The notes: a model not told the origin generated them from the sequence alone. Numbered from the stretch's first letter, positions 50,691 to 63,699 are shown. The stretch: 64,000 nt of DNA from Octopus bimaculoides (GCF_001194135.2 NC_068994.1:22447928-22511927); one strand, 5' to 3'. Made by a program: numbers and translations.

Positions 50691-52043
50691 ATATATATAT
50701 ACATATTTTCCTTTCTTTTTTTTTTCCAGTTCTAAGACAACAAGCAGGTGAGTAGTTATGTAATATTATTACTCAATATATTTGATATTAAATCATCATG
50801 TAAACAAATATAGGAACTATTTTAACTATGTTCTGCTATGAAATTTCTCTTCATCATTTACTTTTCAAATACTTTTAGCATCTTAATAGCACAAAAGGAA
50901 AGTTAGTTTTCAAGTGATTTCCAATTCCAACTCAATAATGTCTTTAAAATATAGTGTGAAAGAAGCAGATGACTGAATTAATACCAATGCTTATCCTAAT
51001 GATTCTGAAGAATGAAAGACAAAATGGGCTCTGGTGACATCTTATTTCAAAAGGACAAAATTAAGTACAATAAAACAGTTAGTGAGATATTCAACCACAT
51101 TGCTACAGTATGAGGCTGATATTATTGGTTTTATTTGATTAAGTTCAAAGATTTTATACTTCACAGGAAAGGTGAAATGGAAGGTGATGATATTAATACC
51201 TTTTCTTAATTCACTAATGGAATCAAACTAGCTTCCATATTCAGCTGACTGAGTTCTTAACTCAACTCTCCTGCAGAAACCAGAATAACAGAAATATAAA
51301 TTTTCCATTAAAATACAGAAAAGGGCAGAGATCATGTTCTAGTGGCTAAAATTAACATCAACCAGTAACCATTATCCATTATGCTTGTAGTAAAAGAACA
51401 GAACAGTAGTGATATCTCATAAGTTGAAGTGATATTCTCTGTCCACATACTAAGTGAAACCTATCTCACTAACTGATCACATTACTGAAAGGTACTCGAG
51501 AATTATATTTTACTAATATGTTGTTTGGTAATAATGAAAATTTCTTACTTAGCACCGATAATATAATGCACACTAAAGCACTGCATCCATGAGTAGCTAT
51601 TTAGAACATTGATAAACCTTAATGCCTTTACTTTGCCCAGAAATATAAGAAACTAGATTTAGTTCTGAAGTTATATTTCTGACTGCATAAAATGGAGTGT
51701 TAGTGGTGGAAGTTAATGGAATGATAGTAATAATGACCATGGTGGTAGTATTAGTGATAGTAATAGTAACAACTAACAATTATTGTCATTAACTAATAAG
51801 CGTAAGTTATAAATTTTGTTCAATTTTGCAGTACAGTTACAACAATCTGAAATGGATTTTAACTTTACTGCTTCTAATCCCCTCAGACTGAAAAGAGGTA
51901 AGCACTTGTTAAACACTATTCCATTTTCCATCTAATTTCTGACATATAATTCTTCATCAACAAACATTTTCTGCATTTACATAGAAATCCATCTTTCAGT
52001 GTCATAGCATATTTATCTCTTTTTTGTCTAAGAAATATATATA

Positions 52044-53395
52044 CAGGATGCAAGAGGTATTTGAGGACATATTTGGTAATTTAATAAAATAACAAAATCT
52101 TGCAGAAACTAAGTGTTTTAATTCAAATATGCTCAATAAGCTTTCTTATAAGATTATTCTATAAATCTTCAATGTGGGACTGGAATCATTGACATGCCTC
52201 CACTAAATGGTTCTCATTTCTTTCAGCTATCACCTGAACAATGAAGGCTTTCAGTGAAGCCATGGTATAGTGAGGATGTGTTATGTCCTGCATTATGACA
52301 ACATATTTCGTCGTCTCTGCAGGACTGGCTGGAAAAATGTACCTCACTGATTGACATTACTGACTGTGTCAATCCACTATTTATTAGTAGTGGACCTGGA
52401 CGCGTCCGCCACAATACCTTTCCCCTTTGAGATTTTAAAAATTTCTTCTTTCAACACATTATTTTTTTTTTCCATTTCTTTTTTTTCTAACCAGAATTAT
52501 TTTCCTTCTTATTTCGATTTTTTTTTTGTTCCACACAGAATTATATATACTTATAAGAATTGGATGAGATATGACGGCTCAGCCATCTCTCCCCAGTTCT
52601 TATATTAATCATTAAAATCCAGAAATACAACAACACGAGGGATAACGGTAACAACAGATCAATAATTTATTCTAGGTTGGTGTAGAGCCGTTTCATTCCT
52701 GGGTGAACAGGCATGCCGCTGGGATACCAAAGAAGCTTCGACCACATGTCGGGGTCGAGTTGTGAGAGCCTGGAAGAACGTCCTGTTGCGACAGCTGCTG
52801 GATGGATAAGAGATTGAATGCTATTGCTCTCTCTCCACCTGTTGTATTGCGCATGCGTGCTCAGGTACTTCCGCTGATGGCAAGTCCCTTGCACATGCGC
52901 AATGGCTGTTTCCCAAGATGGCGGCCAATGGCAGCCACACGCGCCACTACATACTTTTTTCCCTCTTTCAGCAGAAGGTTTTTTTAACTTTGTTAAGTAA
53001 TCACTGACATGGTCAAAAACTTTTCCTGTGTCTTTACAGACATGAATTAGCATCCTCTCCTCAATATATACAACTTGCATCAAATGTCTTTATACACTAT
53101 AGTCCACTCCTATATTTGAAGTTCTTTGGTGATGGCCTTCATTGATTTTTCAGGATCATCAACAATAATGTTTTTAATGCATTGGATGAAATTATGGTAT
53201 CCTTATAGTGTCTGAATGTTTAGAATATGTTTTCCTCATTGATACAGTTGAAGCAATCCTGCCAGAGGCTTCCAGTTCCATTCAAACTTTAGGTACAAAA
53301 GTCTTGCAACATTTGAAAACTGGGAAATTTCTAAATCACTGTGTTTTGCACACATGGCAACAACGACTGAATGTGTCCTCAAATACCCCTCACAC
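52044..53395 (-). mobile_element. Tc1/mariner (maT/DD37D-like) remnant interrupted by a probable solo LTR
   Basis: Subterminal inverted match aggtatttgaggacat / gtgtcctcaaataccc. Minus-strand HPHYTMASLKAFIVQV...EAC*FQSHIE resembles the transposase C-terminus. Confidence 0.7.
52552..52951 (-). mobile_element. Probable solo LTR (400 bp) with 4-bp TSD
   Basis: TACT on both sides (52548-52551, 52952-52955). Minus strand starts TGTAGTGG; AATAAA ~280 nt in; CpG-rich. The other terminus reads TA rather than CA. Confidence 0.6.
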
Positions 53396-53404
53396 TATGT
53401 TGGT

Positions 53405-53500
53405 ATGTGTATGTATGTATGTATGTATGTATGCATGTATGTATGTATGTATGTATGTATGTATGTATGTATGTATGTATGTATGTATGTATGTATGCAT
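53405..53500. repeat. (ATGT)n microsatellite
   Basis: Direct read. Confidence 0.97.
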
Positions 53501-53681
53501 GTGTATACATACACACACACACACACACATATAATGTGTTGTATTAATTTTGAATGAATTTTGAATATATTGTTTACATTATAGAATACAAATATAGAAG
53601 ATTCATGAAAAATGCAAAGGTTTATCTTGAAGTGAATAGTTATAAATAATAGCTTGTAATATATTGGGTAAAAAAAAAAAA

Positions 53682-53892
53682 GTCAGCAAGCTGGCAGAAC
53701 TGTTAGCATGCTGGGCAAAATGCTTAGCAGTGTTTCATCTTTACATTCTGAGTTCAAATTCCCCCAAGACTGACTTTGTCTTACATCTTTTCAGAATCAA
53801 TAAAATAAGTACCAGTTGAACAATGGGGCCAATATAATCAATTTATGCCCCACCCAAACTTGCTGGCCTTGTGCCAAAATTTGAAATCAATA
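53682..53892 (+). mobile_element. SINE family A
   Basis: gcaagctggcagaactgttagcatgctgggcaaaatgcttagc...gctggccttgtgccaaaatttgaaatc. Confidence 0.85.
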
Positions 53893-54369
53893 TATTAGGT
53901 AAAAAGTTCTTTGGAATGAAAAAAGTTTGAAAGCTACTTGGTAACGTGAATCTTCGGACATATTCAAATAATTTTTAACTGAGTATATTAGAAACAATTA
54001 GTTATTGCACTCACTTTGAGATAAACTATTAAAATGATTTATTTTGAATATATTATTTTCAGTTCATTATTATACAAAATAAGAATCAGTAATAGATTGA
54101 ATTTTATTCTATTACTTTATCCACAAAGCATATTGTCATACAAAAATGGACTTTCAATTGATAATAGACTCGAGGATATTTTTATGCACTAAGAGCTGAG
54201 ATCAATTAATTCAGTGTATGAAAAAATATTTATGCTTGCTGTAGAATGAAACAGTAGCAGTTTTACTACTTATAATAGTGGAATGCATCATGAATGATAT
54301 TTATTTGCAGCTAGATATACTAAACCTTCAATAGTTAACTGTCTTTGCAATATTATAATGAATAAATTA

Positions 54370-54585
54370 AGGCAGTGAGTTGGCAGAATTGTTAGCACAC
54401 TGGACGAAATGCTTAGCAGTATTTCGTCCGCCTTTAAGTTCTGAGTTCAAATTCTGCTGAAGTCGACTTTGCCTTTCATCCTTTTGGGGTCGATAAATTA
54501 AGTATCAGTGAAACACTGGGGTTGATGTAATCAACTAGTCCCTTTCCCCAAAATTTTCAGGTCCTTGTGCCTTGAGTAGAAATAA
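54370..54585 (+). mobile_element. SINE family A (well preserved)
   Basis: ggcagtgagttggcagaattgttagcac...ctgagttcaaattctgctgaagtcgactttgcctttcatcc. Confidence 0.88.
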
Positions 54586-57500
54586 TTATAATGAATAAAT
54601 TTATTCAACCCCTACTTGATTACTTTTGTCAGTATCTAGCCTGCCTGAGTGTCAATGATTGAAGATGTTTACTCTTCAAAACCTTTTAAAACAAGACATT
54701 AATCTATGTTGTTAAAAATGTATTGTAATTCTTCATTTTTTTGCAAAATATTTCAGCTCAGCTACATTATGTAAGATAAATCAAATATTTGCATAATCTT
54801 GCAAAAAATTTACAAATATTGTATTTGAGTACAATGTATTTGTTGTATTTGTTACACTAATATCAAAAACATTTTGTACACAACCTACAAATGGTATTTT
54901 ATTGGTATTTTATTTTGATATTTATAGCTAGTGAGAAGAAATTCAAGTTTGGTGAGTAGAAAGAAAAAAATTTTTTAATAATTTTAATTTTGTAACTTGA
55001 TTGCTTCTATTTACTTTGATTGTGGATGAAATCTCATTTCATTACTCTAATGAGCTATTCAATTGCACTCTTGACAAATAATCCATTTATTTAAAGATTT
55101 ATCAAGTAAGATTTTAGTGGAAAATAATCACAATTTAATTGTTGAATATGAATTAGAAAGCTTACCATATATCCCAATTTAAGGGGCCTGTTCCAGCAAA
55201 TTTGTTTGACCCCTAAGTATTTCAGAATGTCCTACTTATAGATAAAATTCTTAGGAGGAAAAATTTATATATATATATTCAATATCTTTTCTTCTTAGAG
55301 TTTACTTTTAGGAATTCAGTGTTTTCTCTTTCCCTTGAACTTGTGGTTTTGACTTCTTGTAACAGTGCTGGAACCTAAAAAGTCTTATAGATTCAATCCA
55401 TTGGTATTTCTACTCTTGTTGGTTCCTTTTCTATGACTCTTTCCTTAAGCTAATTTCTGTCTCCTTTCCATTCCATTTCTGTTTCTTACACCATACATCA
55501 TTGTTTCTATGTATGTTACAATTTCTCTTTCTTCCCAGAATTGCTTCCCCTTTTTGTGCATTCTTACATATATTTTATCACTAATTCTAAAGAATTTTGG
55601 CATGTCTTTACTAGCATGTATTTTTTTCTTTACTAGTAACAGTTTATCGAATACTGACTTCACCTTTCTAGCAAACATTAATTCTACTGGTGAACTTCCT
55701 TCTAGTGCATTTGGGTTCGGAGTTAGCCTGTATACCCTTAACAACTGTTGGATCTCAACCTCATCCATGGCTTCTTTATTAGCTTTCTTTAAAGCTTTCT
55801 TAAAAGTGTCCATGAACCGTTTGGCCCTTCCAGTCGGTGTAGAGTGATACGGAGATGTAGGCTTATGCTCTAATGTGAACTCTCGCAAAATCTTTTAAAC
55901 TCACTGGATACAAACTGTGTTCTCTTATCAGAGACAATTATATCAGGTACACCAAATCTTGCAAACTGCTCATGTAAGCTGTTTATTACCTTATATGAGA
56001 TTGGTCATTAACACCTCACAACTTCAGGACATTTTGTTTAGTTGTCTACTACTATTAAGTAATAATATCCATTTACTGGGCTTGCAAAATCGATATGCAA
56101 TCAGGACCATGGTATTTTCACTTCTGGCCAACGTTCACATTTTGTAGTAGGTAGTTTCACTGCTGGCACACATCCTCTGCAGCCTTTTACAAGGTTTTCA
56201 ACTTCCCTGTCCATGCTTGGCCAGTATACGAAACTTCGCATGGAACTCTTTTAGCATTCTCTTCTGTAATATCTGTGGTATGACCACCCTCTGAGTATAC
56301 ATTAGTACACCATCACATATAGAGTACATGCTCACATCTTGGTGGTTCTTTGCATCAGACCTTTCTTTATTTCTTTTGTCAACCACAGGTTTCTTTTTGT
56401 TTCGTTAATAAATTAGTCATTACTAGCATTTCTTTTTATTTCTTCCAAAGTTACTGGTAGTTCACGCATGATGTTTTACATTACGTTTTTGTTTCAGCTT
56501 CCGTTCTTAGCTCTGCTATTACGATGTTCTCCAGTGGTTCATTATTTCTTAGAATTAACCTAGACAGACCATCTTCATGCCCCAACGTTTTTGAAGGCAG
56601 ATATTCCATTCTATGATTGTGGTTTAATAGAATGGTACTCCACCACTGCAGTCTGTTTGCCATATGTGTGGGGATTCCTTTCTTGGATCTGTATATTGTT
56701 ATTAGAGCTCTATGGCGCGTTTGCAATCAAAAATGTCTGTGGAACTTTTTCATACCAAATATAATAGCCAACACCTCTTTTTTAATCAGCTCTCTTCCAC
56801 CAGAAATAATGTCCTTGATGTGTGAGCTATGGCCTCTCTCCTGCCATCGTTATCCTTGTGTAGGAGCATGGCTCCTATTCCATACTTGCTAGTATCTGTA
56901 GCTAGTATTATCTCTAACTTTGGATTGAAATGTGTAAGATACAAGTCTGAAGTTAACACATCTTTCAACTCATTAAATGCTTTCTGGTATTTCTCAGTCC
57001 AAACCCATTTGGCATCTTTTTTAGTAATTCATTAAGTGGTGCTTTACCTTGTGCATATTTGGGATATACACTTAGTAATAATTTACCAAGCCTAGGAATG
57101 CTTGTAGCATTGTCAGGTTCGTTGGGGGCAGCTTATTTTGTATTGCCATCACCCTTGATGGGTCCACTTTTGTCAATTACTTGACCTAGGTATTTTCTTT
57201 TTTCCATAAAACATTCACATTTTTCTTCTGTAAGTTTTAGCCCATATTCACTTATTCTCTTGAATACTTTCTTTGTGATCAACGTGTTGCACCCTTACTC
57301 ACTCTTTATCAAAATGTCATCGAGATATGCAATGGTGAAGCCACAATCACTTAACATCCATTGTTTGTTGGAATATGGTGGGTGCCACTTTTACTCCAAA
57401 CAGTAGTCATTTGAACTGGTACAATCCATGGTGCATGTTGATTGTTAGTAGATGCGTGCAATCTTCCTCTAACTGAATTTGAAGGTACACCTCTGAGAGG

Positions 57501-57905
57501 TCAAACTTCGAGAAAATTTTCCCTCCATTTAGTTTAGCAAATATGTCTTCTGGGCTTGGTAGTGGGTAATTGTGTGTGAGTAAACAGTTGTTTAATCCAG
57601 CTGAGAAGTCTGCGCACACTCTTAGCTTATTATTTTTTTTTACATAGACCGCCAGTGCTGCCCTGTCTGTATGGTCAATCTTTTCAATTATATTTAGGCT
57701 TTCCAACCTTTCTAGTTCTTTATTCACCTGCTCTACTGCTGCAAATGGCACATTTCATTTGGGCCTTAAAATCAGTGTTGAATTTTCTTTGATAGCAATC
57801 CTTGCTTTTGTTTTTGTGCAACAGCATAAACCTTCCAAAAAACTATTGAGAAAGTTTGTTTCATTTTTTGTCTCAGTTCATTGACCTCATTCAATCATTT
57901 GACTG

Positions 57906-58855
57906 AGATCTTTGTTGTTTTCGTCACTGTTTACAATTTTGTTCCAATTGTTTTCAAATTTGGTATATCGATTAAGTTTTCTATACAAAGTATGAAAAGG
58001 AAATTCCTTTTTCTTATAAATCCATAATTAAAAAGTTATTAGCCTTTAAAATGTGCAAAATTTGGGTATTTTAGCCAATTAGAAGTGAGTATTTTAGACA
58101 TCACCATGGTGAAGAAGTCTGTTTCTATAGTAACCACTGAAAAGAAGCACCACGTGTTCCATAGCTGATTGGGAAGAACTCTGTTTCCATAGTAACCAAA
58201 GATGTTGTACATGCGCACAAGGAGTGTAACCACCACTTGTTCTATAATTGCTTGTTTTTATAACAGATGGGACTCACACTAAACAAACTGAAAGTACTTT
58301 GGTATGGTTGACTCTTATATTTGTGAATTTATGTAGAGAAGGAAATACAAGAAACAATTTATTTTATAAATTCTTAGAGTATTTTGCAAACTTTCGTTCT
58401 TGAATTTTTTTAACTAATAAATGTCTGTTTTAAACAATAATTTGACTTATTTCTAGCAACTCCTGTTGGCTTGTTCGTAACTTTTAAGTATTCAATTTGC
58501 TTGCGGATGTTTTAATATTAACTTTGCTCGTGTATATTTTAATGTTTTGACTGTTATTTCCAGCGACTCCTGTTGGTTTGCTTGTTAGTAGCTTTTAAAT
58601 ATTTAATTTGCTTGCATAGCTAGTTTAATGTTTTGAAATGCTGATGCCCTCCCCCATTTCATGATGGAAGAGGCAGCGAATGTGCTGTTTTCTGATTGGC
58701 TGAAAATTCTGAAAATGCCTGTAACATTTTTGCAAAACTTTTCTGGAATAAACGAATAACAAATTCGGATTCAGCGTCAAAAATTACACCTATATGATAC
58801 ATTAAAAAAATTTTTTAATGATAATTGTAAACAGTGACAGAAACCACGAAGATTC
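57906..58855. mobile_element. 950-bp non-autonomous DNA transposon with ~30-bp TIRs and perfect 8-bp TSD, nested in Gypsy pol
   Basis: TSD TTTGACTG at 57898-57905 and 58856-58863. TIR cores 57910-57938 and 58823-58851 match 25/29. Confidence 0.88.
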
Positions 58856-59228
58856 TTTGACTGCTCTGTTTACGTTATTGCACAAAATGCCTATGGGTGT
58901 ATCCCATAAATTAAATTTTTCCATAGATTCGGTACCAAATAAATAATTCATGGATTTTTTTTCAATACATAAACATTCACTTTTTTGGTTTGACCTTTGA
59001 ACATTACAAATGCATTCGCCCGTGAAATATAATTTTCTTCCTTTAACATTATACACTATTTTGTTTGGACTACATAATTTTGACTTACCCATTTATTCCT
59101 ATGTTTTCTCATTTATGATTGTGATGTCCTTTCCCATGTCTAATTGCATTCTGACACTAGTGGTTTCAATTCTCACATTCATGAATTTTCTGTTTGTTGT
59201 AGTCACAACTTTTCCTGTTGAAAAACTA

Positions 59229-60475
59229 CCATAAAAACCCATATAATTTGTACCCCTGTGTAATTTATGAAGGTGATTTTCAGGATAAAATTTGTTAAAA
59301 AAAGCTTCTACTCATGTAAAATTCACACCCAAAAGTTTTCAGAATTGCCGATATAGCCAGAGAGAAAGGTTTTCAATTTAGCTGTATTTAGCATAATTTC
59401 ACTTACATTTGATTAGATTTTATTAAATTTTCATTAAATAAAAATAATTTCTGTTTAACAGGTATCACATTGAAAGCTATTAAGTTACAAAATGTTTGTG
59501 TTGTTTATAATAAACTTTATTTTACATTTCTTGCCCACAAGAGATTATGTCTGGTCTTTAACATACTGCTGTATCTTCTCAAATCATGATCACAGGAAAA
59601 GTTGTTGATAAGAATTGCCAACAAAAATAAAGCTGATAAATATGCACAGGTGTTGCAAATTAAGTTTAATTTCCAATAAACATCAGCTTGGATGACACTT
59701 TACTCAGCCAACAGAGGAAGGTGACCAATCAAACTGATTAGATAAACAGAATTCTTTTCTGCCTATTCTTATTGGAACCTTTGATATGGAGTATTGAAAT
59801 TTTAATCCCTTTCACACTTATAAAATGTTAAGCAAACTTAAAAATTTGTCATGACCATTATTGTCAGCATGGGCAAAACTTATGAACCGTTTACTGCGAA
59901 GGAGAAATTAAATATGTTGAATATGCATTTGAATGTGGCAATAGAGTTGCCAGATTGGCACAAACAGTACAACAAACTTAAAACTGTGCCTAGTAATAAC
60001 CAGACAAAAATAAAAACATACAATCAAGATTATCCATATCATTACATTTTTTTTTCAGTCAGGAATATCCATACCACTATGTATGCCAATGGTGCTCCAT
60101 TGTGATAGGTAGAAACTCCAAGTGATGTAAAATATGGCCCAGACCGTGTTTACTAACATGAATGTCAGACTTCATAAGGTAGTTAACCATTTAATGGTTT
60201 TACTAAATTTATACAGAAAAAGTAAGCATTATACCGTCCAGCATAAATAAAAATCAACTTCATTATATTTAAGCCATTATTTTTTCTGCAAAAACCTATT
60301 CTGACATTAAATGAGTCAACTTCCAGTACGAATGTTTATGTTTTGTACATCTTTTTTCAACAAAAATTTTTTTTTTCAAATTCTGGAAACAATCTACTCA
60401 TGTAATTTACAAACCTTCTAAAGTTTACTTTTATTTTTGCGATAAAAAGTGCATAAATTACATGGGTTTTTATGG
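59229..60475 (+). mobile_element. 1247-bp internally deleted pogo/Tc2-like transposon nested between Gypsy gag and protease
   Basis: TA|CCATAAAAACCCATATAATTT...AAATTACATGGGTTTTTATGG|TA. Frameshifted YEPFTAKEKLN/VEYAFECGNRVAR resembles a Brinker-type HTH of pogo transposases (~59870-59970). Confidence 0.85.
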
Positions 60476-61491
60476 TATTTATTTTTTCTTGTTTGTTCCA
60501 TTTTCCTATAATTCTAGTTTTGCAGTTCGATTTTATATGTCCTGTAAATCCACAGTGAAAACACTTTGCTTTTTCACACGGACAATCTTTTTTCAGTTGC
60601 ATCTCACCACATTCCATACATGGGCTTACATCCTGATATTTTTTGTTTTTCCTGCAACACTTTATTTGTCTTCTGAATTTTTTGCACTGGTCTTATGTGA
60701 AAACACTCTTTCCGTTGAATTTCTTTCATGTCAGTTTCTGGAATGTCAAATCCTAGTTCCTTTCCAGTTTTGCTAGAATTTTCGTTAGGATTTCTGCATC
60801 CTTCTTATCTGTCAATCCTTGTGCAAAAATCAAACACTTGAAAGAATCTGGAGTAAGCATATCTAGCCTAAATCTCTCACAGTCTTCATCTTTGCTTTTT
60901 TCTATGTTTAAACATTTCCATCTAGTGTTAAACAGTGAGCTCTTTTCATTAAACATTTTGTACAAAATGTCAACTGTGTTTGTAAAATATATGTCAGATG
61001 CTTTTTTTGGCAATATGAAGTTACTATACCTCTCATGCTATGCTCTTGCTAGTTTTCTTAAAACTAGACGCATTTTCATTTCATCCATCCAATCCTGACA
61101 TTCTTTTTCAAAAAAATTTGTTCAAATCTTCAAAAGTAAGCCTCAAAGGTTACTCCTAATTCAGGGTCATGTTTGAATTCACTTATGGAATTTGCTACAT
61201 GGTCAAGTGAAAATGTATTCCCCAGTTTGGTTATCAACTTCATTAGTTGTAACATTTACTGCTGCAATCCTTGTTGTTGTTCTCATTGTTCCTTGAGTTG
61301 TTGTCATTGCTGTTTTTGCAACTCAACTACTCCAGCTAACAAGTCTTTCATATTTTACGATTTTCATAAGTGCGCACAAGATTTTTGTTTCTTTTTTGTC
61401 GAATTATTACTTTTCCGAGTGAATTAGTTTAAACTCTTTGTATGAATGTTTTTTTTTCACTCTGTGTAAGTTTGTTTTTCCTTGTCACCAC

Positions 61492-61772
61492 TGTTGTAAA
61501 GTGGGTTCCTCCCACTGGTCTAATGTGTGACTGCCATTGTACTATAGTTGCTGTTTTACGCTAGTAGCCACAATAGCTACTAGTCATTGGATACCGTTGT
61601 ATCTCTTCATATCAGAATAGTAATACACTGACTTCTTCTGCCTTACTATCACTGATAGCTCCACAAGACACTGACTCGAACTGTTGACTCTCAACTCTTC
61701 GACACTCGACTCTCTCTCTTGATGACCAGCTGCTGCTCTATTTATAATGACTGTGTCCTACCACTTTTTACA
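61492..61772 (-). repeat. 5' LTR (281 bp) of the Gypsy element, PBS at 61480-61490
   Basis: Minus strand TGTAAAAAGTGG...CCCACTTTACAACA, TATAAATAG ~25 nt in, followed by tggtgacaagg. Confidence 0.75.
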
Positions 61773-61849
61773 GTTTCATTAAACAAGTGAGCAAGAAACT
61801 TTATTTCACATTGCTCCAGTCCATTCAGCTGGTAAAAATTAGTTGTATC

Positions 61850-62030
61850 TATAATTCAAAGGACCAGTCTTGTCAGATTCTGTATTATGCTGAATGTCCC
61901 TGAGAACCACATTAAATATATCATCTGTTTGTAGAGTGCTCAACCACTTGTGTGTTAATTTCATAAATAGGCTATTCTGTTGACTCGGTCAACTAGAACA
62001 CTTGTAATAATTGACAGAGTGCCAAAAAGA
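61850..62030 (+). mobile_element. Old copy of the SINE family C 3' region (opposite orientation to 49158-49542)
   Basis: attcaaaggaccagtcttgtca...gtgctcaaccacttgtgtgttaatttc...gacagagtgccaa. Confidence 0.65.
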
Positions 62031-62379
62031 GAAATAAGCTGTTAGAAGATTAGAATCTTATTATAGGAGAGAAAAGGATGCACATTTCACATAAGGAAAG
62101 TTAAGTTATAAAACTTTTATGCACAAATACTTATACTTATAATATTTCATAATTTGAAGATTGTCTTTGTTTGATACCTATTATTTGAAGTTGTCTCATT
62201 TTGAGCCAAAGAAACTATGCTAAATTTATGCATTAACAAGTAGAAAAGTCTGTTTTATGAGGCTACAGCAAAACTAGCTCTAATAATTGGCAAGGAAAAT
62301 ATAATAATAGCAAATAATTTTAATAAATGGATGAATGATAAAAGATTAGCATTAAAATCTTAATATGAATAGTTGAAAA

Positions 62380-62592
62380 GGTGGTGAACTGGCAGAATCA
62401 TTAGCACACTGGGCAAAATAATTAGTGGTATTTCTTCTTTTCTGTGTTTTGAGTTCAAATTCCACTGAGATTGACTTTGCCTTTCATCGTTTTAGGGTCG
62501 ATTAAATAAGTATTAGTTAAGCACTGGGGTTGAGTTAATCAACTTAGTACCTCCCCATAATTGCTGGTCATTTGCCAAAATTTAAAACCAAT
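62380..62592 (+). mobile_element. SINE family A
   Basis: gtgaactggcagaatcattagcacactgggcaaa...gactttgcctttcatc. Confidence 0.85.
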
Positions 62593-63039
62593 ATGTAACA
62601 TAGAAATCCTAATGTATAATAGTTGAATACTTATCAGTTGGAAAGAGAGACAGGCTAATGATAGCACACATCCATCACTGACAGCAGAAAGCATCCTATC
62701 TGATTGCAGAATAAACTATAAGCATAAAGATATTGAAGAAAAAACTTAGAACAAAACAAAAAAGATGAAAAATATTTTGTGAGGGTCAGCTTACTAGTAG
62801 CACTGTGTGTGTGTGTGTGTGTACACACATACACACATACATATGCTCTTTAATTTCATTTGTTTAACTTCTATTTTTCTTGTGCTAGCATGTGTTGTAT
62901 GGGGATGTATTTGAGATGGGATTTTATAGCTGGATGCACTTCCTAAGCAGTTTTTGAAGTAAGGGATTTTTTATTCCACAGATTTTCAAAAACACAGCAC
63001 TCAGTTGCAAAATCAAAAAGGAATGGCGACATCATTCAT

Positions 63040-63270
63040 TGTTTTACTTCCATGTAAAAACCGCTGATGCTGATGCCATGTAAAAAAACACTAGTGACAG
63101 TGCCATGTAAAAAGCACACAGTACACTCTGTAAAGTGAATGGCCTTAGTAAGGGCATCCAGCTGTAGAAACTCTGCCAAATCAGGTTGGAGTCTAGTGCA
63201 GCCATCTGGTTCGCCAGTCCTCAGTCAAATCGTACAACCCATACCAGCATGGAACAAACTAATATACCTG
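63040..63270 (+). mobile_element. RTE-type tail copy
   Basis: gccatgtaaaaagcac...gggcatccagctgtagaaactctgcc...cagcatggaac. Confidence 0.8.
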
Positions 63271-63306
63271 CTTGTTGTTTATACATCTGTCTTCGTTTTT
63301 TTGTTT

Positions 63307-63344
<38 letters not shown>

Positions 63345-63389
63345 AAGGAGGGAAGTAAAAGAGAGACACACTCTCAAAGGATTCTACAC

Positions 63390-63670
63390 TGTTTCCATCA
63401 ATCAGTTTCACTCACAAGATACCACACTTGAAACCATGTGGCTGCAAACCATCTTCTTAGTCTAAGTTGCCCAGCCTTTGCTTGTGTGTATATGTATGTA
63501 TGTACATATAAATGTATGTATGGATATGGATATATGTATGCCTGTGTGTATGTGTGACGGGCTTCTTTCAGCTTCTGTCTACCAAATCCACTCACAAGTC
63601 TTTGGTTGACATGGGTCTATAGTAGAAGACACTTGTCCAAGATGCCATGACATAGTGCAAGCTTCTTAAC
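63390..63670 (-). mobile_element. SINE family B with internal microsatellite
   Basis: gacgggcttctttcagcttctgtctaccaaatccactcacaag...gaagacacttgtccaag. Confidence 0.8.
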
Positions 63671-63698
63671 TACAAACCCTGCCTACATATACATATGT

Positions 63699-63699
<1 letters not shown>

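Larger units (their letters stand above)
55330..61772 (-). mobile_element. Decayed Ty3/Gypsy LTR retrotransposon, Mag (K02A2.6-like) type: 5' LTR, PBS, gag, PR, RT, RNaseH, IN; 3' LTR not found
   Basis: gag LFNTRWKCLN...FKCLIFAQGL; knuckle CFHCGFTGHIKSNC; protease MQLDMGKDITIINE; RT PFAAVEQVNKELERLE...KLRVCADFS...FSKFDLSEVYLQI; RNaseH LATDTSKYGIGAML; IN SPYHSTPTGRAKRFMDTFK...PVELMFARK. Confidence 0.92.

Noticed and set aside
52667-53083. 138-aa minus-strand ORF
   Set aside because: Spans the mariner/LTR junction in GC-richer sequence with no recognisable domain; probably a chance frame.
55100-55330. Expected 3' LTR of the Gypsy element
   Set aside because: No match to 61492-61772 visible; apparently deleted.
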